64,000 nucleotides of DNA from Escherichia coli (GCF_044324785.1 NZ_CP172127.1); one strand, 5' to 3'; numbered from the stretch's first letter, positions 34,727-46,090 are shown. A program made the numbers and translations. Notes: generated by a model from the sequence alone, not told the origin.

Positions 34727-35023
34727 ATGCAGTTGGAAGAAGTTGCTAAAGCGCTGAAAGAGCTAGGTCACCCGACCCGTTTGTTCATATTCAAACACCT
34801 GGTCAAAGCGGGGGAACAAGGTTTGCCGGTCGGTGAGTTGCAAAAGCAGCTTGGGATACCCGGCTCTACACTCAGTCACCATATTTCAGCACTGGTATCG
34901 GTAGGGCTGGTCAAACAAAACCGTGAGAGTCGAACGCTGATGTGTGTTTCGCAATACGCAATGCTGGAAGCGATAATTGAATTCTTACGCGAGGAGTGCT
35001 GCGTAAATAGCAAAATTGCCTGA
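34727..35023 (+). CDS. ArsR/SmtB-family metalloregulator (98 aa)
   Basis: Winged-HTH ArsR-like sequence (ELGHPTRLFIFKHL…LSHHISAL); start at MQLEEV with a G-rich RBS (ORF-track start 34664 trimmed). Confidence 0.7.
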   Translation: MQLEEVAKALKELGHPTRLFIFKHLVKAGEQGLPVGELQKQLGIPGSTLSHHISALVSVGLVKQNRESRTLMCVSQYAMLEAIIEFLREECCVNSKIA

Positions 35024-35145
35024 TGCGCTACGCGCTACAGATTTCATGCTATGCACGGTTTTGTACGTCGGATAAGACGCGTTAGCGTCGCATCCGACAT
35101 AAACAAAGCGCACTTTACCAACTATGGGCAGTGGATATCGCCGCT

Positions 35146-35571
35146 TTATTTCAACCGTTTACCCGCCTCATCAACCACTTTCTCGCCATCTTCCTTGGTG
35201 AACGCGCCTTGTTGCGCATTTGGCAGAATTTCCAGCACCACTTCTGAAGGGCGGCACAGGCGAGTTCCCAACGGCGTCACCACAATCGGGCGATTAATCA
35301 GAATCGGGTGCTGAAGCATAAAGTCGATTAACCGATCGTCAGTAAATTTATCTTCTGCAAGGCCCAGTTCCTCATACGGCTCGACGTTTTTACGCAACAG
35401 CGCGCGTACGGTAATCCCCATATCGGCAATGAGTTTGACCAGCTCATCGCGCGTTGGCGGTGTTTCCAGATAATAGATAATGGTCGGTTCTGTACCGCTG
35501 TTGCGGATCATCTCCAGCGTATTACGCGACGTACCGCAGGCCGGGTTGTGATAAATGGTAATGTTGCTCAT
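35146..35571 (-). CDS. arsC: Arsenate reductase ArsC (141 aa, glutaredoxin-coupled)
   Basis: Recognised ArsC sequence with catalytic Cys in HNPACGTSRN. Confidence 0.95.
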   Translation of the reverse strand: MSNITIYHNPACGTSRNTLEMIRNSGTEPTIIYYLETPPTRDELVKLIADMGITVRALLRKNVEPYEELGLAEDKFTDDRLIDFMLQHPILINRPIVVTPLGTRLCRPSEVVLEILPNAQQGAFTKEDGEKVVDEAGKRLK

Positions 35572-35583
35572 ATCAATATCTCA

Positions 35584-36873
35584 TTACAAAGTGAAAGAGA
35601 GACGTAGCGCCAGCGCAGCCAGCGTCACAAAAAGCACCGGCAGGGTCATGATAATCCCTGTACGGAAGTAATATCCCCAGCTGATAGTCATATTCTTCTG
35701 CGAAAGAACGTGCAGCCAGAGTAGCGTAGCCAGGCTACCAATTGGGGTAATTTTCGGTCCCAAATCGCAGCCAATCACGTTGGCATAAACCATCGCTTCT
35801 TTGATAACGCCAGATGCCGTGCTGCCATCAATGGACAACGCGCCAACCAGTACCGTCGGCATATTGTTCATAATAGAAGAGAGGAAGGCAGTGAGGAATC
35901 CGGTGCCGAGCGTCGCGGCCCACAGGCCGTTTTCAGCCAGCACGTTGAGTACGCCAGAAAGATATTCCGTTAGTCCGGCATTGCGCAGGCCATAAACCAC
36001 CAGATACATGCCGAGCGAGAAGATGACAATCTGCCAGGGCGCACCGCGCAGGACTTTACCCGTATTAATTGCATGACCGCGTTTAGCGACGGCAAATAAT
36101 ATCAGCGCGCCCACTGCCGCAATGGCGCTTACCGGAATGCCGAGCGGTTCCAGGACGAAAAATCCCACCAGCAGAAGCAGTAAAACAACCCAGCCAGCTT
36201 TGAACGTAGCAGGATCTTTAATCGCTTCTGCGGGAGATTTCAGCAGCGCCATATCGTAGTTCTGCGGAATATCTTTGCGGAAATAGAGATGCAACATCAC
36301 CAGCGTGGCAACAATTGCGGCGATATCCACCGGCACCATCACCGAGGCATATTCGCGAAAGCCGAGGCCAAAGAAATCTGCGGAAACGATATTCACCAGG
36401 TTGGAGACAATAAGCGGCAGGCTGGCGGTATCGGCAATGAATCCGGCCGCCATCACAAACGCCAGCGTCGTGCCTTTACTGAACCCTAAAGCCAGCAGCA
36501 TGGCGATGACAATCGGTGTCAAAATAAGCGCCGCGCCATCATTGGCAAACAGGGCGGCAACGGCAGCACCGAGCAGGACAATCCAGGTAAACAGCAAGCG
36601 ACCGCGTCCATTGCCCCAGCGTGAGACGTGCAGCGCCGCCCACTCAAAAAAGCCGGACTCATCCAGCAGCAGGCTGATGATAATGACGGCAATAAACGCC
36701 GCCGTCGCGTTCCAGACGATATTCCACACCACAGGAATATCACCCGGATGTACCACGCCCGTAACTAACGCCAGTACTGCGCCGAGTGTTGCACTCCAGC
36801 CGATGCCTAAACCTTTCGGCTGCCAGATAACCAATACGATGGTCAGGACAAAGATAGCGCCTGCCAGTAACAT
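35584..36873 (-). CDS. arsB: Arsenite/antimonite efflux pump ArsB (429 aa)
   Basis: 12-TM-like ORF; start at [10 protein letters not shown] (ORF-track start 36894 trimmed). Confidence 0.95.
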   Translation of the reverse strand: MLLAGAIFVLTIVLVIWQPKGLGIGWSATLGAVLALVTGVVHPGDIPVVWNIVWNATAAFIAVIIISLLLDESGFFEWAALHVSRWGNGRGRLLFTWIVLLGAAVAALFANDGAALILTPIVIAMLLALGFSKGTTLAFVMAAGFIADTASLPLIVSNLVNIVSADFFGLGFREYASVMVPVDIAAIVATLVMLHLYFRKDIPQNYDMALLKSPAEAIKDPATFKAGWVVLLLLLVGFFVLEPLGIPVSAIAAVGALILFAVAKRGHAINTGKVLRGAPWQIVIFSLGMYLVVYGLRNAGLTEYLSGVLNVLAENGLWAATLGTGFLTAFLSSIMNNMPTVLVGALSIDGSTASGVIKEAMVYANVIGCDLGPKITPIGSLATLLWLHVLSQKNMTISWGYYFRTGIIMTLPVLFVTLAALALRLSFTL

Positions 36874-36927
36874 AATGCCTCCCGGAAAAAACACATGTGC
36901 AAATCCATATGTGTTTAGATAAATTTT

Positions 36928-37281
36928 TTAACTGCAAATGTTCTTACTGTCTTCGGAACAATTTTGTCGAGCCAGGTTGCGGACAATCACCTGAACCTTT
37001 TCCTGTTCGCATCGCCAGGCCTGCTCAATAATTTTCGCGGCCCATGATGGAATATGCGGTGATAAGCGGTAATGAACCCACTTACCCTGCTTGCGATCCA
37101 GCAATAGCCCACTTTCACGCAGCAATGCCAGGTGGCGGGATATCTTGGGCTGCGACTGATCGAGGGCAGTACAGAGATCGCAGACGCATAATTCTCCCAG
37201 CTCGCTGAGCAGTAAAACGATGCCCAGACGGGTTTCATCAGCAAGAATTTTGAACAGTTGGATGGGTAACAGAAATGACAT
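36928..37281 (-). CDS. arsR: Arsenic-responsive repressor ArsR (117 aa)
   Basis: ArsR HTH with metalloid-binding ELCVCDLC motif. Confidence 0.95.
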   Translation of the reverse strand: MSFLLPIQLFKILADETRLGIVLLLSELGELCVCDLCTALDQSQPKISRHLALLRESGLLLDRKQGKWVHYRLSPHIPSWAAKIIEQAWRCEQEKVQVIVRNLARQNCSEDSKNICS

Positions 37282-37433
37282 ATTGCGCTCCTGATTGTTG
37301 CAGGTAGTGTCTCTCTTCGAAGCGGATAAGTCAAAAACATATATGGTTTAACGAATGTGTATGTGCAGAGGAAGGTAATAGGTGTGAATTTTGAGTTGGC
37401 TATTCATTTGAAAGGAGGTCTGAATCAGGACGT

Positions 37434-37515
37434 AAAAAAACCGACTTTGCGTCGGTTTTTTACTTCCCAGCCCTGAGTTGGTGGCTCTGGCTGGAGTGAG
37501 AGAGCTCTTATCTAA
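37434..37515 (-). ncRNA. agrA: agr-type antisense sRNA, copy 1 (agrA-like)
   Basis: Minus-strand promoter (-35 TTGCAA, 17-bp spacer, -10 TAGTAT) and hairpin plus U-run terminator; about 30 nt of the RNA is complementary to the dinQ 5' region; ends approximate. Confidence 0.55.
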
Positions 37516-37667
37516 CAGCTCAATACTATTAGCCAGTGGCTAACATTGCAAGAATTAGCGATTTCTTCAGCTGGCGAAGGGACAGTTTGCTATACATGTT
37601 GGTGAAAGAGGATTTATATACTTTCATCGGGTCGCTGCCGTACCAAGCCTTGTCCGAATCCGGACGT

Positions 37668-37750
37668 AAAAAAACCGACTTCGCGTCGGTTTTTTACTTT
37701 CCAGCCCTGAGTTGGTGGCTCTGGTTGGAGTGAGAATGCCATCATCTAAC
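37668..37750 (-). ncRNA. agrB: agr-type antisense sRNA, copy 2 (agrB-like)
   Basis: Tandem duplicate of copy 1 with its own promoter (-35 TTGCAA, -10 TAGCAT) and identical hairpin terminator; ends approximate. Confidence 0.55.
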
Positions 37751-37814
37751 GCATCAATGCTAATACCATACTGAAACTATTGCAAGGACGTGCTGGTTTT
37801 ATAACCTGCATGTA

Positions 37815-37830
37815 CTGTATGATTATCCAG
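37815..37830 (+). promoter_or_regulatory. LexA (SOS) box upstream of dinQ
   Basis: ctgtatgattatccag fits CTG-N10-CAG with a TA-rich core. Confidence 0.6.
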
Positions 37831-38023
37831 TTAGCTCTGAGGCATTTTCACTCTGGTAATGCGCATAAACGCTTTCAAAGTCCTGGTCAGAAGTACGGGT
37901 GGTGCCGTTAACTGATGCTCTGGCCGGAGTGAGAGAGTTCTTATCTAACAATGAGACATGCGCCGTGACAGGCAGTGGATGAGTAAGCGGATGCATTCTC
38001 ACTCCATCGCATGGAGAAAACGG

Positions 38024-38107
38024 GTGATTGATAAAGCAATCATCGTTCTTGGGGCGTTAATTGCGCTGCTGGAACTGATCCGCTTTCTGCTTCAGCTTCT
38101 GAACTGA
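38024..38107 (+). CDS. dinQ: Type I toxin DinQ (27-aa single-TM peptide, GTG start)
   Basis: Translation VIDKAIIVLGALIALLELIRFLLQLLN* matches recalled DinQ; an in-frame ATG at 37991 would give a 38-aa variant. Confidence 0.75.
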   Translation: MIDKAIIVLGALIALLELIRFLLQLLN

Positions 38108-38125
38108 TAGCGGAAACGTAACTAA

Positions 38126-38155
38126 GGGCAAAGAGCACACCACTCTTTGCCCTTT
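38126..38155. terminator. Bidirectional hairpin terminator between dinQ and gor
   Basis: Stem gggcaaagag / ctctttgccc. Confidence 0.55.
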
Positions 38156-38160
38156 AACAT

Positions 38161-39513
38161 TTAACGCATGGTCACGAACTCTTCTGCCGCCGTCGGGTGA
38201 ATGGCGACGGTATTGTCGAAGTCTTTTTTGGTTGCGCCCATCTTCAGCGCCACCGCGAAGCCCTGCAACATTTCATCCATACCAAAACCAATGCCGTGAA
38301 TTCCGACAATCTTCTCTTCCGGTCCAACGCATACCAGTTTCATGCGGCACGGCTGGCGGTGAGTGGTGACTGCGGTATACATCGCGGTGAAAGAGGATTT
38401 ATACACTTTCACCTGATCGTCGCCGTACTGCTCGCGCGCCTGCGGTTCCGTTAAACCAACAGTCCCAATCGGCGGATGGCTGAAGACCACGGTCGGAATG
38501 TTGCTGTAATCCAGATGCTCATCCGGCTTGTTATTAAACAGGCGTTCAGAGAGACGGCGACCCGCTGCAACTGCTACCGGTGTCAGTTCCACTGCCCCCG
38601 TGTTATCGCCCACCGCGTAAATACCTTCAACGTTGGTATTTTGATATTTATCGACGACGATATAGCCTTTTTCGTTAGTTTTAACGCCAGCGGCTTCCAG
38701 GTTGATGTTGTCATTGGCAGGCTCGCGACCAATCGCCCAAATCAGGCAATCTACCGTTTCACTGCGACCATCTTCCAGCTCCAGCGTCAGGCTGCCGTCG
38801 GCATTTTTCACCACCGCTTTCGGGATGGCGTTGGTGTGCAGCTGCGGGCCTTCGGCGTTCATCACTTCGACCAGCGTTTCAGAGATCATCGGGTCGAAGC
38901 TGCGCAGCGGCGCATGTTTACGCACAAACAGATGCGTTTTCGCGCCGAGGCCGTTAATCACGCCCGCCAGTTCAACGGCGATGTAACCCGCGCCAACAAC
39001 CGCTACGCGCTCTGGCAGCGCCGGCAGGGCGAAGAATCCATCAGAATCAATACCGTATTCCACGCCCGGAATATCCGGGTGGCTCGGACGACCGCCGGTG
39101 GCGATCAGAATATGATCGGCCGTGATGGTTTCGCCGTTTACCTCCAGCGTTTTGGCATCAACGAAGCGGGCAAAGCCTTTGATTACATCAACGTTATTTT
39201 TACCGAGCACGTTTTCATAGGAAGTATGAATACGGTCGATATAGGCGATACGGCTGGCGATCAACGTTTCCCAGTTGAATTTATTGATAGTGGTATCGAA
39301 ACCATAATCCGGACCGTACATGTGGATCGCTTCACGGATTTGCGCCGCGTGCCACATCACTTTTTTCGGCACGCAGCCGACGTTCACGCAGGTGCCGCCC
39401 AGTTCTTTGGCTTCAATCAGCGCGCATTTCTGACCGTACATAGCCGCGCGGTTGATGGAGGCGATACCGCCGCTGCCGCCGCCGATGGCGATGTAATCAT
39501 AGTGTTTAGTCAT
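38161..39513 (-). CDS. gor: Glutathione reductase Gor (450 aa)
   Basis: FAD-binding GGGSGG motif and redox-active CVNVGC disulfide motif. Confidence 0.95.
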   Translation of the reverse strand: MTKHYDYIAIGGGSGGIASINRAAMYGQKCALIEAKELGGTCVNVGCVPKKVMWHAAQIREAIHMYGPDYGFDTTINKFNWETLIASRIAYIDRIHTSYENVLGKNNVDVIKGFARFVDAKTLEVNGETITADHILIATGGRPSHPDIPGVEYGIDSDGFFALPALPERVAVVGAGYIAVELAGVINGLGAKTHLFVRKHAPLRSFDPMISETLVEVMNAEGPQLHTNAIPKAVVKNADGSLTLELEDGRSETVDCLIWAIGREPANDNINLEAAGVKTNEKGYIVVDKYQNTNVEGIYAVGDNTGAVELTPVAVAAGRRLSERLFNNKPDEHLDYSNIPTVVFSHPPIGTVGLTEPQAREQYGDDQVKVYKSSFTAMYTAVTTHRQPCRMKLVCVGPEEKIVGIHGIGFGMDEMLQGFAVALKMGATKKDFDNTVAIHPTAAEEFVTMR

Positions 39514-39584
39514 GACAGAGTGTCCTTATCGTTGATTACCGCGATTGTAGCGCGAGACGTAATAGGTGCCAGCAATGGCTGCAA

Positions 39585-40427
39585 TTACTCCGGCACGATC
39601 CAGCTTACGGTGGCGTGCCCGGTGCCAGCCGGAACCAGTTTGCTGTGCAGCCACGGCAGCACGTTATTCATCTGCTGTTCCAGTTTCCACGGCGGATTAA
39701 TCACAATCATGCCGGAAGCGGTCATGCCACGGCGATCGCTGTCTGGCAGCACCGCCAGTTCAATTTGCAGAATTTTGCGAATGCCAGTCGCTTCCAGGTC
39801 GTGGATCATGCGCTTAATTTGCTGGCGCAACACCACCGGATACCACAGTGCGTAAGTGCCAGTGGCGAAACGTTTATAGCCTTCTGCTATCCCGCTGACC
39901 ACCGCCTGATAGTCGGTTTTCATTTCATACGGCGGGTCGATAAGGATTAAACCACGGCGGGAAACCGGCGGCAGTTTGGCCTTAAGCTGCTGGAAGCCAT
40001 CGGCTTTTTCGACGCGCGCACGGCTGTCTTTCTGAAATTCAGAACGCAGCAACGGGTAATCGCTCGGGTGCAGTTCGGTCAGTTGCAGGCTGTCCTGTTC
40101 ACGCAGTAGCTGACGAGCAATCAACGGTGAACCGGGGTAGTAACGCAACTGACCGCTACGGTTGAAGTGTTTTACCACATTGATGTACGCCTCCAGCTCC
40201 GCAGGCAAATCGTCCTGCTGCCAGATACGGGCGATACCTTCGAGATATTCGCCGGTACGCTCGGCATGTTCGCTGCCTAACTGATAACGCCCGGCCCCTG
40301 CGTGGGTATCGAGATAGAGAAACGGTTTATCTTTCTCTTTCAGCGACTCGATGATCAGGCTCTGAACGGTATGTTTAAGGACGTCGGCGTGGTTGCCAGC
40401 GTGAAAGCTGTGGCGATAACTGAGCAT
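39585..40427 (-). CDS. rlmJ: 23S rRNA m6A2030 methyltransferase RlmJ (YhiR, 280 aa)
   Basis: Start at MLSYRHSFHAGNHADVLKH (ORF-track start 40478 trimmed); conserved position between gor and prlC. Confidence 0.9.
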   Translation of the reverse strand: MLSYRHSFHAGNHADVLKHTVQSLIIESLKEKDKPFLYLDTHAGAGRYQLGSEHAERTGEYLEGIARIWQQDDLPAELEAYINVVKHFNRSGQLRYYPGSPLIARQLLREQDSLQLTELHPSDYPLLRSEFQKDSRARVEKADGFQQLKAKLPPVSRRGLILIDPPYEMKTDYQAVVSGIAEGYKRFATGTYALWYPVVLRQQIKRMIHDLEATGIRKILQIELAVLPDSDRRGMTASGMIVINPPWKLEQQMNNVLPWLHSKLVPAGTGHATVSWIVPE

Positions 40428-40629
40428 GGGTAAAGGTGTTCCGGTAAGTAAAAATCGGCCCGTATTCGGGGCGCACAAAAGCCTATCAGGACAGTATACC
40501 GAAAAGAGGCCGCCGCCGCGAAAGCGTAACGTTTCTCATTGAAATTCACTACACTTAACCCCATGCTACAAACATTATGTAAAGCGCCTGTTGAGCGCTT
40601 CCTTAACCTCTTTAACCAGGACTGCGCTA

Positions 40630-42672
40630 ATGACGAATCCGTTACTGACTCCCTTTGAATTGCCTCCGTTTTCTAAAATTCTCCCGGAACATGTCGTTCC
40701 AGCCGTGACTAAGGCGCTGAACGACTGCCGCGAAAATGTGGAGCGCGTAGTAGCGCAAGGGGCACCGTACACCTGGGAAAATCTCTGCCAGCCGTTGGCG
40801 GAAGTGGACGATGTGCTGGGGCGTATCTTCTCCCCGGTCAGCCATCTGAACTCGGTGAAAAATAGCCCGGAACTGCGTGAAGCGTACGAACAAACCCTGC
40901 CGCTGCTGTCAGAATACAGCACCTGGGTAGGGCAACATGAAGGGCTGTATAAAGCATATCGCGACCTGCGCGATGGCGATCATTACGCCACGCTGAACAC
41001 GGCGCAGAAGAAAGCGGTTGATAACGCACTGCGCGACTTTGAACTCTCTGGCATCGGTCTGCCGAAAGAGAAACAGCAACGCTACGGCGAGATTGCCACT
41101 CGTCTTTCTGAGCTGGGCAACCAGTACAGCAACAACGTCCTCGATGCGACAATGGGCTGGACCAAACTCGTTACCGACGAAGCGGAGCTGGCGGGGATGC
41201 CAGAAAGCGCGCTGGCTGCGGCAAAAGCCCAGGCTGAAGCGAAAGAGCTGGAAGGTTATTTGCTGACGCTGGATATCCCAAGCTACTTGCCGGTAATGAC
41301 CTACTGCGACAACCAGGCTCTGCGCGAAGAGATGTATCGTGCTTACAGCACCCGCGCCTCCGATCAAGGCCCGAACGCCGGTAAGTGGGACAACAGCAAG
41401 GTGATGGAAGAGATCCTCGCGCTGCGTCACGAACTGGCGCAACTGCTGGGTTTTGAAAACTACGCCTTTAAATCCCTTGCCACTAAAATGGCAGAAAATC
41501 CGCAGCAGGTGCTTGATTTCTTAACCGATCTGGCAAAACGCGCGCGTCCGCAAGGTGAAAAAGAGCTGGCGCAACTGCGTGCCTTCGCTAAAGCCGAATT
41601 TGGCGTGGATGAGTTGCAGCCGTGGGATATCGCGTACTACAGCGAAAAACAAAAACAGCACCTCTACAGCATCAGTGACGAACAACTGCGTCCGTACTTC
41701 CCGGAAAACAAAGCGGTTAACGGCTTGTTTGAAGTGGTGAAACGTATTTACGGCATCACCGCTAAAGAGCGTAAAGATGTTGATGTCTGGCATCCGGATG
41801 TACGTTTCTTCGAGCTGTATGACGAGAACAACGAACTGCGCGGCAGCTTCTACCTCGACCTGTATGCCCGTGAAAACAAGCGCGGCGGGGCGTGGATGGA
41901 TGACTGCGTAGGCCAGATGCGTAAAGCCGACGGTTCGCTGCAAAAACCGGTCGCGTATCTGACCTGTAACTTCAACCGCCCGGTAAATGGTAAACCGGCG
42001 CTGTTCACTCACGACGAAGTGATCACCCTGTTCCACGAGTTCGGTCACGGCCTGCACCATATGCTGACCCGCATCGAAACCGCCGGTGTTTCCGGTATCA
42101 GCGGTGTGCCGTGGGATGCGGTCGAACTGCCGAGTCAGTTTATGGAAAACTGGTGCTGGGAGCCGGAGGCGCTGGCGTTTATCTCTGGTCACTACGAAAC
42201 CGGCGAACCGCTGCCGAAAGAGTTGCTGGATAAAATGCTGGCGGCGAAGAACTACCAGGCGGCGCTGTTTATTCTGCGCCAGCTGGAGTTCGGCCTGTTC
42301 GATTTCCGCCTCCATGCCGAGTTCCGCCCGGATCAGGGGGCGAAAATCCTCGAAACCCTGGCAGAAATCAAGAAACTGGTTGCCGTGGTACCGTCTCCGT
42401 CATGGGGCCGTTTCCCGCACGCTTTCAGCCATATTTTCGCCGGTGGTTATGCGGCAGGTTACTACAGCTACCTGTGGGCCGACGTGCTGGCGGCAGATGC
42501 CTTCTCGCGTTTTGAGGAAGAGGGCATTTTCAATCGTGAAACCGGACAGTCGTTCCTCGACAACATTCTGAGCCGTGGCGGTTCAGAAGAGCCGATGGAT
42601 CTGTTCAAACGCTTCCGTGGTCGTGAACCACAGCTGGATGCGATGCTGGAGCATTACGGCATTAAGGGCTGA
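40630..42672 (+). CDS. prlC: Oligopeptidase A PrlC (680 aa, M3 metallopeptidase)
   Basis: HEFGH zinc-binding motif ([10 protein letters not shown]); start at [14 protein letters not shown]. Confidence 0.95.
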   Translation: MTNPLLTPFELPPFSKILPEHVVPAVTKALNDCRENVERVVAQGAPYTWENLCQPLAEVDDVLGRIFSPVSHLNSVKNSPELREAYEQTLPLLSEYSTWVGQHEGLYKAYRDLRDGDHYATLNTAQKKAVDNALRDFELSGIGLPKEKQQRYGEIATRLSELGNQYSNNVLDATMGWTKLVTDEAELAGMPESALAAAKAQAEAKELEGYLLTLDIPSYLPVMTYCDNQALREEMYRAYSTRASDQGPNAGKWDNSKVMEEILALRHELAQLLGFENYAFKSLATKMAENPQQVLDFLTDLAKRARPQGEKELAQLRAFAKAEFGVDELQPWDIAYYSEKQKQHLYSISDEQLRPYFPENKAVNGLFEVVKRIYGITAKERKDVDVWHPDVRFFELYDENNELRGSFYLDLYARENKRGGAWMDDCVGQMRKADGSLQKPVAYLTCNFNRPVNGKPALFTHDEVITLFHEFGHGLHHMLTRIETAGVSGISGVPWDAVELPSQFMENWCWEPEALAFISGHYETGEPLPKELLDKMLAAKNYQAALFILRQLEFGLFDFRLHAEFRPDQGAKILETLAEIKKLVAVVPSPSWGRFPHAFSHIFAGGYAAGYYSYLWADVLAADAFSRFEEEGIFNRETGQSFLDNILSRGGSEEPMDLFKRFRGREPQLDAMLEHYGIKG

Positions 42673-42679
42673 TCATTCA

Positions 42680-43432
42680 GTGAAAATCTGCTTAATTGAT
42701 GAAACAGGCACCGGAGACGGTGCCTTATCTGTTCTGGCGGCCCGCTGGGGGCTGGAGCACGATGAAGACAACCTGATGGCGCTGGTGTTAACACCGGAGC
42801 ATCTGGAACTGCGCAAGCGTGATGAGCCAAAACTTGGTGGCATCTTTGTTGATTTTGTTGGCGGAGCGATGGCGCACCGACGCAAATTCGGCGGTGGTCG
42901 CGGTGAGGCGGTGGCAAAAGCGGTGGGCATTAAAGGCGATTATCTCCCGGACGTGGTGGACGCCACCGCAGGACTGGGGCGCGATGCCTTTGTGCTGGCT
43001 TCGGTCGGCTGCCGCGTGCGGATGCTGGAGCGTAATCCGGTGGTTGCTGCATTGCTCGACGATGGCCTGACGCGTGGTTATGCGGATGCGGAAATCGGCG
43101 GCTGGTTGCAGGAGCGGTTGCAGTTAATTCACGCTTCCAGCCTGACGGCGCTGACCGATATTACTCCGCGCCCGCAGGTGGTCTATCTCGATCCGATGTT
43201 CCCGCATAAGCAGAAAAGCGCGCTGGTGAAAAAAGAGATGCGTGTCTTTCAGTCGCTGGTGGGGCCGGATCTTGATGCCGATGGATTACTGGAGCCTGCA
43301 CGCTTGCTGGCGACCAAACGCGTGGTGGTAAAGCGCCCGGACTACGCGCCACCGCTGGCGAATGTCGCCACGCCAAACGCGGTTGTCACCAAAGGGCATC
43401 GCTTTGATATTTATGCAGGTACGCCGGTGTAA
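42680..43432 (+). CDS. rsmJ: 16S rRNA m2G1516 methyltransferase RsmJ (YhiQ, 250 aa, GTG start)
   Basis: ORF begins [10 protein letters not shown] at a GTG 8 bp after the prlC stop; ORF-track start 42575 overlaps prlC and was trimmed. Confidence 0.85.
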   Translation: MKICLIDETGTGDGALSVLAARWGLEHDEDNLMALVLTPEHLELRKRDEPKLGGIFVDFVGGAMAHRRKFGGGRGEAVAKAVGIKGDYLPDVVDATAGLGRDAFVLASVGCRVRMLERNPVVAALLDDGLTRGYADAEIGGWLQERLQLIHASSLTALTDITPRPQVVYLDPMFPHKQKSALVKKEMRVFQSLVGPDLDADGLLEPARLLATKRVVVKRPDYAPPLANVATPNAVVTKGHRFDIYAGTPV

Positions 43433-43480
43433 AAGTAAAGCAGGGTAGCGTTATCGCTACCCTGCTTTCTGCAAGAATAA

Positions 43481-44950
43481 TTAATGGCTTTCGGGCGTCG
43501 CAATCATTCGTTTCAGCCACGGCACCATCAGCAGCATCGCCACCGCAACGCCCAGCGTAACCAGGCCAATCTTACCAAACACGTTGGTATAGACGGGCAA
43601 CGTCTCAAGCGGATCGGTAATGTTGTCTGGTACTGCGGTAAATGTTGCCACATAGCCGCCCAGCAAGAACGCGGCAGCCTGCGTCAGGAACCACATCCCG
43701 AGAATAAAGCCCATCAAATGCTGCGGCACCAGGGCAGCAATCATCGCCAGACCCAGGGCGCTAATAAACAATTCACCCAGGCTCTGGAACAAGTAAACCA
43801 GCACGATAAACCACGGCGATGTCAGTCCTTGTGCATCAGCAAACCACATTCCCGCAGCGGCGGCTGTAAGAAAGCCCAGCGAGCACATAAACATGCCGAG
43901 AGTAAATTTCATCGGCATCGAGAGGTCTTTGCCTTTGTTACCCAGATGCGTGTAAATGCCTGCCAGTATTGGGCTGGCGAGTACCACCCAGAACGGGTTA
44001 AGCGCCTGGAAGCTGACCGGGTTGATGGAAAAGCCGAGAATTTCATGATGCACGTTGTTGATGGCAAAGAAGTTCAGCGACGTTGGCATCTGGGCGTAGA
44101 GAATGTAAAACACCACCGCTTCGAGCATCAGGACAAAGGCGACAAACATTTTATTGCGCCCGGTTTTATCCAGCTTGAATGCCTGACGAAAGAAAATGAT
44201 GGTGACGACGATGGAGAGAACAATCAGCACCAGATTGGCGACTTCTACGTTGTGCATCAGCCATGCACAGACGAAGATCATCACCACGCTGCCAAGTAAC
44301 ACGTACAACAGTTTGCTGAAGCTCATCGGCCGGAAGTCGGGTTCAGAACCAATGTCTTTCACCATTCCGCGACAGGCGATGTAAACCAATAGCGCGATAA
44401 TTAATCCCGCACCGCACAGGTTGTAGGTGACTGAATAGCCGAATCTATCAGCGATCACAGGGGCCAGCGATAACGCTATCAACGAGCCGATGTTGATCGA
44501 CATATAGAACAGGGTAAATGCGCCATCAAGCCGCGGATCTTTCGGCGGATAGCACTTCGAAAGCAAGCTGGCTGGGTTAGCTTTAAACAGGCCGTTACCG
44601 ACAGCGATAGTCCCCAGGGCGATGAAAATCAGGTCAGGCTTAAGTAGCGACAGGCCGGTCATGAAGTAGCCAATCGCCAGCACAAGTGCTCCGAGAACAA
44701 TGGTGCGTTTGGTCCCCAGCAGGTGGTCGCCGACATAGCCGCCAATGGAAATGAGGCCATAGACCAGCGCAGCAAAAGCACCAAAAGTGACAAAAGCCTG
44801 CTCTTGCGAGAATCCAAGCTGTTTAACGAAGAAAACCGCCAGTACGCCCTGCACGCCGTAGTAGCCGAATCGCTCCCATAACTCGACAAAAAAGATCATG
44901 AAAAATGGGCGAGGTTGCTGCAGCATCCCCATGGGTGTTGTTGTATTCAT
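43481..44950 (-). CDS. dtpB: Dipeptide/tripeptide permease DtpB (YhiP, POT family, 489 aa)
   Basis: POT-family multi-TM ORF in conserved position. Confidence 0.9.
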   Translation of the reverse strand: MNTTTPMGMLQQPRPFFMIFFVELWERFGYYGVQGVLAVFFVKQLGFSQEQAFVTFGAFAALVYGLISIGGYVGDHLLGTKRTIVLGALVLAIGYFMTGLSLLKPDLIFIALGTIAVGNGLFKANPASLLSKCYPPKDPRLDGAFTLFYMSINIGSLIALSLAPVIADRFGYSVTYNLCGAGLIIALLVYIACRGMVKDIGSEPDFRPMSFSKLLYVLLGSVVMIFVCAWLMHNVEVANLVLIVLSIVVTIIFFRQAFKLDKTGRNKMFVAFVLMLEAVVFYILYAQMPTSLNFFAINNVHHEILGFSINPVSFQALNPFWVVLASPILAGIYTHLGNKGKDLSMPMKFTLGMFMCSLGFLTAAAAGMWFADAQGLTSPWFIVLVYLFQSLGELFISALGLAMIAALVPQHLMGFILGMWFLTQAAAFLLGGYVATFTAVPDNITDPLETLPVYTNVFGKIGLVTLGVAVAMLLMVPWLKRMIATPESH

Positions 44951-45204
44951 ATTTATTAACCTTCCAATACCATCCTGAAAAGTATGAACGCGTAAGGGAT
45001 AACGCGCGAAAAAGTTTACATCTGTCAGAGATTCTTAATATTGATGCGGTGAATAGATTAATACACTATTACAACAGAAAATAACCAGCTGATCACACTA
45101 ATGATGGAAAATATGATGGTGTTAAATGTTGTATTGGCTGGGGATTTTGATTGCGTACGCAGATCGTAGGCCAGATAAGGCGTTTACGCTGCAAGGTAAC
45201 AAGG

Positions 45205-45241
45205 CGCGCCAAAAAGCAAAACGCCCGCATATGCGGGCGTT
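45205..45241 (-). terminator. Rho-independent terminator of uspA
   Basis: Stem aacgcccgcatatgcgggcgtt followed on the minus strand by a U-rich tract. Confidence 0.65.
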
Positions 45242-45265
45242 CAGGAACACGTCGTAGAGGGAAGA

Positions 45266-45700
45266 TTATTCTTCTTCGTCGCGCAGCGGAACAATCAGCA
45301 TATCAACGTGAACGGTGTTGATCAGCTGACGTGCGGAAGACATCAGTTTGCTCCAGAAGTCCTGGTGGTGACCACAAACCACCAAATCCATATCGTATTT
45401 CTTGATTGCATCGACCAGAACCTGACCCAGGTCGCCGCTGCCGCTCAGGGTTTCAGTGATTGGGTAGCCTGCATTAGTGGAAAGCTCGGTCAGCGCATGA
45501 TGTGTCTCTTCAGAGATGCGTTTCTGCATATCACCCAGATTCACATCAATAAGCCCGGTGTATAGGTCAGAGTAGTTTACATCTACGTGGATCAGAGAAA
45601 CTTTCGCATTATAGGGGCGAGCCATAGAGACTGCTTTCTCTACCAGAACTTTGCTTTCCGGGGAGAGATCGACCGCGATGAGAATGTGTTTATAAGCCAT
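45266..45700 (-). CDS. uspA: Universal stress protein A (144 aa)
   Basis: Recognised UspA sequence ([23 protein letters not shown]…). Confidence 0.95.
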
Positions 45701-46090
45701 AGTGTTACTCCTTCCATAAAGTTGTCGATGACTGGCCAGCTAGCGTTTCTTGTGCCGTTACGTCACCCGCGTCCTGCGAACTACGTGCGCGGGGCTAACC
45801 CAGCCGTAAAGATTCAGTGTTAAGACCATCCTTACCTTATAGCGACCCGGATGATCCGTCAATCCGCCTTGCTTACCCGTTAGATAAACAAATTTTCGGC
45901 ATGAATATATTGATAGTGGTTAACCTTCTGGAAAAAAAACAACCTGATCTCCTACACTATCTATAGAGCCGCTCGGATGTTGGTCACCACAAAAGCGGTT
46001 TCTCCAGGACCTGGTGTTAACTGATTGGTAGCGTATCGGGAGCGGTAGCCCCGGGGTGGAACTCCGCGGGCAGGTCGCCGGGGAGGAGGT

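Noticed and set aside
36305-36922. 205-aa plus-strand ORF antisense to arsB
   Set aside because: Shadow ORF within arsB; no independent support
37536-37733. 65-aa plus-strand ORF in the arsR-gor intergenic region
   Set aside because: Spans the agr duplication and terminator hairpins; more parsimoniously non-coding sRNA sequence
37418-37960. Possible CRISPR-like array, because a roughly 30-bp motif recurs three times with spacers
   Set aside because: The repeats are part of about 140-bp tandem duplicated units with promoters and terminators (agrA/agrB) plus the sense copy in the dinQ leader; spacing is irregular, there are no cas genes, and only three copies
38476-39855. 459-aa plus-strand ORF spanning gor and rlmJ on the opposite strand
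   Set aside because: Antisense shadow ORF across two confirmed genes; Arg/Gly-rich low-complexity translation typical of reverse-strand frames in GC-rich coding DNA
43484-44299. 271-aa plus-strand ORF antisense to dtpB
   Set aside because: Shadow ORF; His/Arg/Gln-rich low-complexity translation; embedded in a conserved transporter gene
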